Shown here piece after piece: positions 58,349-64,000 of a stretch of 64,000 nucleotides of DNA. The position numbers were made by a program, and so were the translations under genes. The stretch is taken from assembly GCA_965220315.1 (NCBI GenBank), contig CBDCPP010000001.1, forward strand, positions 59,809 to 123,808. The letters run 5' to 3'. The notes under the pieces are model-generated. The model was not told the DNA's origin. It saw only the letters and a program-made list of their open reading frames with translations, and searched no databases. Origin of the DNA: Dehalococcoidia bacterium. Lineage in GTDB: Bacteria > Chloroflexota > Dehalococcoidia > Bin125. How positions within the stretch are numbered: position 1 is the stretch's first letter; every line of letters starts with the position of its first letter.

Positions 58349-59719
58349 GTGAGCACGCCCTGGGATCGCGTTACTTGGCAGGAGAGCGACCACGTCCTTG
58401 CGCGGATCGCGGTGCAGCCGGTTAGCCGGTTCATGCGCATTGAAGCGGCGGGCGGTCTGGCGCTGGTAGCGGCAGCGCTAGTTGGGCTGATCTGGGTCAA
58501 TATCGACGGCGCGGCTTACCATGGTTTTTGGGAAACCCAGCTCTCGGTAGAACTCTCGATCGTCCACCTTGACCTGACTTTGGCTGAGTGGGTCCGCGAC
58601 CTGCTCATGACGTTCTTTTTCTTGGTGGTCTCGCTGGAGATCAAGCGGGAGTTCGCGCACGGCGAACTCTCGGACCGGCGTCGCGCGGCACTGCCACTCA
58701 TCTCGGCGGCGGGCGGGATGATCGTACCAGTGGCGATCTACGTTGCATTCAATGTGGGAGGGGCTGGGATCGATGGTTGGCCGATCCCGATCGCCACGGA
58801 CATCGCCTTTGCCCTCGGCGTTTTGTCGCTCTTGGGCAAACGTGTCCCACTCGCATTAAAGATCTTCTTGCTTGCGCTGGCGATTGCCGACGATGTGGGG
58901 GGCATCGTTGTGATCGCCGTCTTCTTCACAGAGACAATCGACGCCGTCGCCTTGGGGATCGCACTGGCGCTGCTGGCTCTTGTGTTTGTGATGCACCGAG
59001 TGCAAGTGCGGTCACTCGGCGCTTACACGGTAGTCGGTGCGGCGCTCTGGATCGCGATGCATGAATCAGGGGTGCACGCCACGATCGCTGGCGTGGCTAT
59101 GGGCCTCGCTGCTCCTGCGGCCGCACCTTACGCGCGGGAGTGGTTCCTGGATTCGCTGGCGCGCTTCCAGAACCGGTTCGAGGAGGGGATGACTCTGGGC
59201 GACGAGAAGGAGAGTCGCGATCAGACCACCGCTGCGCTACACGGTATTGAGGAGTTGGCCCGCGAGTCGGAGTCGTCGTTGGATCGGGTCGTGCATATGC
59301 TCGTGCCCTGGACCAGCTTCGTGGTCGTGCCGATTTTCGCGCTGGCCAACGCCGACATCGAATTCGGAGGGAGCGTACTCCCCGATGCCCTCAAGAGCCC
59401 CGTGGCTTGGGGGGCAGGCGTGGGCTTGGTGGTGGGGAAGATCGTGGGAATTACAGGGGCTGCATTCCTCGCCGTGCACTTTGGGTTGGCGGCACGACCG
59501 CGCGGAGTTTCTTGGCTCCAGATGAGCGGGGTAGCGTTGCTGGGAGGGATCGGCTTCACCGTGGCGGTCTTCCTCGCAAGTCTGTCCTTTGGTGATGAGC
59601 AGCTAGTTGCGAACGCAAAGATTGGGATCTTTGCGGCATCCCTCGTGGCGGCGGTTCTGGGTTACACACTGCTGCGGCTAACACTGGGTGAGCAGGAGCC
59701 CGATCACTCGGAAACCTGA
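58349..59719 (+). CDS. nhaA: Na+/H+ antiporter NhaA
   Basis: PIATDIAFALGVLSLLG and IADDVGGIVVIAVFF are NhaA core motifs. Multiple TM segments are present. Confidence 0.85.
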   Translation: MSTPWDRVTWQESDHVLARIAVQPVSRFMRIEAAGGLALVAAALVGLIWVNIDGAAYHGFWETQLSVELSIVHLDLTLAEWVRDLLMTFFFLVVSLEIKREFAHGELSDRRRAALPLISAAGGMIVPVAIYVAFNVGGAGIDGWPIPIATDIAFALGVLSLLGKRVPLALKIFLLALAIADDVGGIVVIAVFFTETIDAVALGIALALLALVFVMHRVQVRSLGAYTVVGAALWIAMHESGVHATIAGVAMGLAAPAAAPYAREWFLDSLARFQNRFEEGMTLGDEKESRDQTTAALHGIEELARESESSLDRVVHMLVPWTSFVVVPIFALANADIEFGGSVLPDALKSPVAWGAGVGLVVGKIVGITGAAFLAVHFGLAARPRGVSWLQMSGVALLGGIGFTVAVFLASLSFGDEQLVANAKIGIFAASLVAAVLGYTLLRLTLGEQEPDHSET

Positions 59720-59740
59720 CCCTGTCGCTGCGTACGACGC

Positions 59741-60649
59741 CTAGATCAGGAAACTCGCCGCCAGCAGTAGCCCGAAAAGCAAGTGCAGCTGTCCCGTTTG
59801 CTTGAGGAGCGGGGTAAGGGCGCTTCCCTCGGTGCGGGAGGCGATACGTTGGCCAAGGTAAGAGGCGAGCGGTGCGCTCATCCAAACCAGCAGCGACCAC
59901 CGGGGCAACAAGTCGGCGGTGGCGAAGGCCGTCACGAGCACGTAAGGCAAGCCGATAAGCAGTAGATACTGCGCACGGGTCGCTCGCGCGCCGATCATGA
60001 CCGCCAGCGTGCGCTTGCCGCTGCGACGGTCCCCTGCGATGTCGCGAAGGTTGTTGACGACGAGGATCGCGGTCACGGTCATGCCCACGGGGACCGCGGC
60101 GGCGAAGGCGGTATCGGAGAGCGCCTCGGTCTGCAGGAAATAGCTCCCCGCCACCGCAGCGAGACCGAAGAACACGAAGACGAACACGTCACCCAAGCCG
60201 TGATATCCGAAAGGCCAGGGTCCGCCCGTATAGGCGATCGCCGCCACGATCGCCGCCACGCCCAGCACCAGGATCGGCCAGCCCGCCACAGTGATGAGGT
60301 AGACGCCGATTAGCGCCGCCGCGCTGAGCACGATCGCGGTCGCCCAGCGCATGACCGACGGCGTAACCAGCCCGCCCTGTACGACCCGCGGGGGGCCGAG
60401 GCGGTCGTCCCGGTCGGCTCCACGCTCGAAGTCGGCCAAATCGTTGGCGAAGTTGGCGCCGATCTGCAATAGGATGGCTGCTCCCAGCGCAGCCACGAAA
60501 GGGAGTTCGCGCAGCGGCACGACGGTGCTGGCGGCGGCGGTGCCCACGAAGACCGGCGCGACGGCCGCAGTCAAGGTGGCGGGACGGGTGGCCCGCACCC
60601 AGATGCGCCAGGCAGGGAGAGCCTTTGACGCTTGATCGTCTCGGGACAC
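59741..60649 (-). CDS. menA: 1,4-dihydroxy-2-naphthoate polyprenyltransferase (UbiA family)
   Basis: The UbiA-family Asp-rich motif (NDLADFERGADRDDR) and multi-TM topology are present. It lies adjacent to menB. Confidence 0.8.
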   Translation of the reverse strand: MSRDDQASKALPAWRIWVRATRPATLTAAVAPVFVGTAAASTVVPLRELPFVAALGAAILLQIGANFANDLADFERGADRDDRLGPPRVVQGGLVTPSVMRWATAIVLSAAALIGVYLITVAGWPILVLGVAAIVAAIAYTGGPWPFGYHGLGDVFVFVFFGLAAVAGSYFLQTEALSDTAFAAAVPVGMTVTAILVVNNLRDIAGDRRSGKRTLAVMIGARATRAQYLLLIGLPYVLVTAFATADLLPRWSLLVWMSAPLASYLGQRIASRTEGSALTPLLKQTGQLHLLFGLLLAASFLI

Positions 60650-60654
60650 GTTGG

Positions 60655-61494
60655 TTAGGGGAAGCGTGGGAACTTCGAGAAGTCCGGTTTGCGCTTCTCT
60701 AGGAACGCGCGCTGACCTTCCTTCGCTTCATCGGTGAGGTAATAGAGCAGCGTGGAGTCGCCGGCGAGCTGTTGGATCCCGACGAGCCCGTCCGTGTCCG
60801 CATTGAATGAGGCTTTGAGCATGCGGATCGCTATCGGACTTTTCTCCAGAATCTCCTTGCACCAAGCTACGGTTTCCTCTTCCAGCCGCGCCAGAGGGAC
60901 GGCGGTGTTGATAAGTCCCATCTCCAGTGCCTCTTGAGCCGAGTACTGACGGCAGAGGTACCAGATCTCTCGCGCTTTCTTGTGCCCCACAATGCGCGCC
61001 AGTTGGGTGGATCCGAAGCCCCCATCGAACGAGCCAACCATGGGCCCCGTTTGGCCGAAGATCGCGTTGTCGGCCGCGATCGTGAGGTCACAGACGATGT
61101 GCAAGACGTGGCCGCCACCGATGGCATAACCCGCCACCATGGCGATCACGGGCTTGGGGATCGTGCGGATCTGGCGCTGCAGTTGCAAAACACTCAGCTC
61201 CGGCGTGCCCGCATCATCCACGTAACCGCCGTCGCCGCGGATACGCTGGTCGCCGCCGGAGCAGAAGGCGCGGTCCCCCGCGCCCGTGAGGACGATGACG
61301 CCGGTGTCGGGATCCAAATGGGCGCGCGTGAACGCGTCGCGGAGCTCCGCCAACGTTCTGGGCCGGAACGCGTTGCGCACTTCGGGACGGTTGATCGTGA
61401 TCTTGCTGATCCCTTCTGCGCGCTCGTACAGGATGTCGTCGTAGCCTTCGTGCTGGGATTGCCAAGCGATCGGATGCGGTTGCGTGGTTGTCAT
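60655..61494 (-). CDS. menB: 1,4-dihydroxy-2-naphthoyl-CoA synthase (crotonase family)
   Basis: [12 protein letters not shown]...[11 protein letters not shown]...[13 protein letters not shown]...FLEKR is the characteristic MenB pattern. Confidence 0.9.
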   Translation of the reverse strand: MTTTQPHPIAWQSQHEGYDDILYERAEGISKITINRPEVRNAFRPRTLAELRDAFTRAHLDPDTGVIVLTGAGDRAFCSGGDQRIRGDGGYVDDAGTPELSVLQLQRQIRTIPKPVIAMVAGYAIGGGHVLHIVCDLTIAADNAIFGQTGPMVGSFDGGFGSTQLARIVGHKKAREIWYLCRQYSAQEALEMGLINTAVPLARLEEETVAWCKEILEKSPIAIRMLKASFNADTDGLVGIQQLAGDSTLLYYLTDEAKEGQRAFLEKRKPDFSKFPRFP

Positions 61495-62121
61495 CTAGAC
61501 CGTCCCTGCGAGTTCTGTTGATCTATCAACGGTGAGGCCCACGCTTTGAAGCATAAGCCGGCGTAAAACGGGGAAGAGTTCATCCATGGGGCGAGCCTTG
61601 GGATCGAGCAACCAGCGCATGAGTACGGCGTGGAGGATTCCTACCCAAGCTTGGGCGGCGATGCCTGTCTCCACCGGCGCGATCACGCCGCGTGTGATCG
61701 CCTCATCGAGTTGCTCTTCGATGATCTCCTCAAAACTCCGCTGCAGCTCGAGGATGCGACGGTTGAGCTTTGGCCCGGCGCCCAGCGCTTCGACCGCGAA
61801 CACGCGTGCCAAGGAGCGATGCTTGCCGAGCGTATGCAGCAGAGTCAGCAGCGCCGCCGCCGCCCTGTCCACCGGCTCCTCCTGCTCTTCAAGCGCAGCG
61901 TGAACGCGGCTCATCAGCAGCCCGCTCGTATGATCAAGGAGTGCGAGCAATAGTGCTTCCTTCCCGGAGAAATGGAAATAGAGTCCACCTTTCGAGGTGT
62001 TCGCCGCCGTCGCGATCTCGTCAACCCCTGCATCGCCGTAGCCACGCTGCGCGAAAACATCGGCCGCGGCTTCAAGGATGCGTTGCTTTCGGTCGCGCGC
62101 TCGCGCTTGTTTCCCGACCAT
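61495..62121 (-). CDS. TetR-family transcriptional regulator
   Basis: An N-terminal HTH is present (ILEAAADVFAQRGYGDAGVDEIATAANTSKGGLYFHFSGKEAL). Confidence 0.8.
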   Translation of the reverse strand: MVGKQARARDRKQRILEAAADVFAQRGYGDAGVDEIATAANTSKGGLYFHFSGKEALLLALLDHTSGLLMSRVHAALEEQEEPVDRAAAALLTLLHTLGKHRSLARVFAVEALGAGPKLNRRILELQRSFEEIIEEQLDEAITRGVIAPVETGIAAQAWVGILHAVLMRWLLDPKARPMDELFPVLRRLMLQSVGLTVDRSTELAGTV

Positions 62122-62245
62122 GGTGCCTCGCGGAGCGAAAACCGACTCAGTGGTCGGTTTCGGCTACGCTAGCAAAGCGCAGCGACGGCTCACAAGCGTG
62201 TGCGCGAGAGAGGCGCCGCGACCGCTGGAGTGCGTGGGCGGTGCG

Positions 62246-62986
62246 ATGACCACTCGATATCCAACGGTTTCCGAACCCGATCGCGAGCGGGCAGTCGCGA
62301 TCCAAACGATGTTTGGGCGCCTTGTCCCTTGGTACGATCGCATGAACCGCTGCATGACCATCGGACTAGACGGACGCTGGCGGCATGCTGCAGCGGCGGC
62401 GGCTGAGCCCGAAAGCGCCCTGGTGCTGGATCTTGGTTCCGGTACGGGTGACCTCGCGCGGGCACTGGAACGTGCGGGCGCGGCGCGAGTGATCCGTGTT
62501 GATTTCACACGACTGATGTTGGTAGCGGACCGTCGCAAGGCGGAAGCACGGGGGGAAGTACTGCCCTCGGTCTTGCAGGCCGACGCGCTGCAGGTTCCCT
62601 TCCCCGACGCCAGCTTCGATGCTGTCACCAGTGGCTTCCTGCTGCGTAACCTGGTCGACCTTCCCCAGGGTTTGCAGGAGATGTTGCGAGTTCTGCGACC
62701 GGGCGGGCGACTGGTGGCGTTGGACATCACCCACGTCCCGGCGGGTCCGCTCGCGCTGCCCCGCCGCTTCGTCTTCCATCGACTGGCGACGGGAGTCGCG
62801 GCCCGGCTGAGCGGTGACCATGATGCCTATCGGTACTTGTCGCGTTCGCTTGACGGCTACCCTGACGTCAAAGCGCTCGCGCAGATGCTGATGGATGCGG
62901 GAGCGGTGAATGTGCGGTTTCGGCGTATGGGGGCCGGAACCATCGCTTTGCATAGCGCCCGCCGCCCGCTGCCTGATGTGGAGTAG
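62246..62986 (+). CDS. ubiE: Demethylmenaquinone/ubiquinone C-methyltransferase (UbiE/MenG family)
   Basis: SAM-binding motif I is VLDLGSGTGD and post I is ...VIRVDF... The family pattern RLVPWYDRMNRCMTIG is present. The ATG at 62246 lies inside a longer track ORF. Confidence 0.8.
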   Translation: MTTRYPTVSEPDRERAVAIQTMFGRLVPWYDRMNRCMTIGLDGRWRHAAAAAAEPESALVLDLGSGTGDLARALERAGAARVIRVDFTRLMLVADRRKAEARGEVLPSVLQADALQVPFPDASFDAVTSGFLLRNLVDLPQGLQEMLRVLRPGGRLVALDITHVPAGPLALPRRFVFHRLATGVAARLSGDHDAYRYLSRSLDGYPDVKALAQMLMDAGAVNVRFRRMGAGTIALHSARRPLPDVE

Positions 62987-63134
62987 AGCTTCATAGGGGC
63001 TCAGTGGTTTTAGGTTGGAATGTGAGGTCTTGGCACCGCTACGCAGTCGGTATACTGCTCCTGCCCAGCGGGTGACTCACTCAATAGCCATAACTCGGCA
63101 GCCGCGGGTTGTCGAGCCTTGTAAGGATGCAGAT

Positions 63135-64000
63135 ATGCCTGAAGTGACCTACACAATTGGAGGCGCTGCCGGGCAGGGCGTGGAGTCGTCGGGGGCGGGA
63201 TTGACCCAGGCTCATGCCCGTGCCGGATACCATATTTTCGCCGCGCAGGATTACGAGTCGCGCATTCGTGGAGGACACAACTTCTACCAACTGCGCGCCT
63301 CCGACGAGCCGGTCCGTGCGCATACTCGGCATCACTCGATCCTCATCGCCCTCGACGACGTATCCGTGCCTCAGCATGTGCCGGAGATGCAGATGGGCGG
63401 CGCCGTCATCTACGACGCAGGCCGCGACGATGTCGACGCCGGCGCGATCGAGGATGTCGGCGCTCGTGCGGTCTCGGCGCCTCTGATCGAGATCGCGACG
63501 ACGGTTGGTAGCGATAAAGTGATGGCCAATACCGTGGCGCTCAGCATCGCCTCGGCGCTGACCCACTTCGACTTCGACGCGATCGCGCAAGTTATCCGCG
63601 AGAACTTCTCCCGCAAGGGCGAAGCTGCCGTCGAGGAGAACCTGGCGGTGGCGCGCGCGGGCTACGAGTGGGGTGCCGAGCGGGTGGACGGCTTCGCTCA
63701 CCGGCTGCCTCCTCCTCCGGCGAGGGACGGTGCTGTTCCCTCGATGCTGATCCATGGCAACCAGGCGGTCGCCTTGGGAGCGATCGCGGCGGGCTGCAAG
63801 GCCGTTGGCGGCTACCCTATGACTCCTTGGTCGTCCATTCTTGAAGAGCTGACGAGCGCTCGTGATCTCGGCATCGTGGTCCAGCAGACAGAAGACGAGA
63901 TCGCTGCGATTTCGTTCGCGTTGGGGGCGTCTTGGGGCGGAGTGCGCGCGCTCACAGGATCCTCAGGCGGCGGCTTCGCACTCATGGTGGAGCACCTTTC
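63135..64000 (+). CDS. 2-oxoacid:ferredoxin oxidoreductase alpha subunit, second paralog (gamma-alpha fused; 3' end outside the window)
   Basis: It is absent from the ORF track because no stop is reached. The ATG at 63135 has an AAGGA RBS. The translation MPEVTYTIGGAAGQGVESSGAGLTQAHARAGYHIF...GYPMTPWSSILEEL parallels the korA product at 28681-30549. Confidence 0.75.
   Translation, partial: MPEVTYTIGGAAGQGVESSGAGLTQAHARAGYHIFAAQDYESRIRGGHNFYQLRASDEPVRAHTRHHSILIALDDVSVPQHVPEMQMGGAVIYDAGRDDVDAGAIEDVGARAVSAPLIEIATTVGSDKVMANTVALSIASALTHFDFDAIAQVIRENFSRKGEAAVEENLAVARAGYEWGAERVDGFAHRLPPPPARDGAVPSMLIHGNQAVALGAIAAGCKAVGGYPMTPWSSILEELTSARDLGIVVQQTEDEIAAISFALGASWGGVRALTGSSGGGFALMVEHL

Noticed and set aside
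63081-63755. 224-aa minus-strand ORF near the window end
   Set aside because: It is antisense to a clear plus-strand 2-oxoacid:ferredoxin oxidoreductase alpha gene (63135 onward), which the ORF track missed only because it has no stop inside the window.

Overview
This is a high-GC (about 65-70%), gene-dense bacterial chromosomal window; the gene content (F420-type LLM oxidoreductases, SCO1664-family protein, DinB-family proteins, GGAGG-type RBSs) fits Actinobacteria or Chloroflexi/Thermomicrobia. The first 20 kb is a branched-chain amino-acid biosynthesis cluster: ilvB (3' part), ilvN, ilvC, leuA, leuC, leuD, leuB and a second LeuA-family (CimA-like) synthase. Three things are inserted into it. 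An antisense F420-type LLM oxidoreductase sits between leuA and leuC. An antisense radical-SAM SPL-like DNA-repair gene sits between leuD and leuB, with a candidate LexA (GAAC-N4-GTTC) box upstream. A roughly 7.3 kb co-directional, translationally coupled gene block (10.7-18.0 kb) sits between leuB and the cimA-like gene, and this block is the most interesting feature. It encodes a PLD(HKD)-nuclease/SNF2-helicase fusion, a roughly 1000-1100 aa gamma-class N6-adenine DNA methyltransferase (PglX/Eco57I/DrmMI-like), a 203-aa ORF that may be the methyltransferase's target-recognition domain reached by a frameshift, and a DprA/Smf-like Rossmann protein. This looks like a split Type ISP/III-like or DISARM/BREX-related restriction-modification/defence module, but it does not match any canonical gene set. 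Both large genes show apparent frameshifts, and the block appears to have lower third-position GC than its flanks. The rest of the window holds a tRNA-Pro(CGG) with encoded CCA followed by about 400 nt of C/T-rich non-coding DNA, a giant FAD/Fe-S oxidase, hydantoinase B, two 2-oxoacid:ferredoxin oxidoreductase loci (korAB on the minus strand and a second korA-like at the window end), assorted hydrolases, DinB-family proteins and an aquaporin. It also holds a standalone AICAR transformylase next to an archaeal-type PurO IMP cyclohydrolase (a split PurH), a MOSC/PepN/amidase operon, an SbcD/SbcC-like pair whose ATPase has a hydrophobic insert in its coiled coil, a crotonase, an M3 peptidase, an IDH-family dehydrogenase, metE, nhaA and menaquinone genes (menA, menB, ubiE/menG) with a TetR regulator. 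I found no CRISPR array, integrase or transposase.
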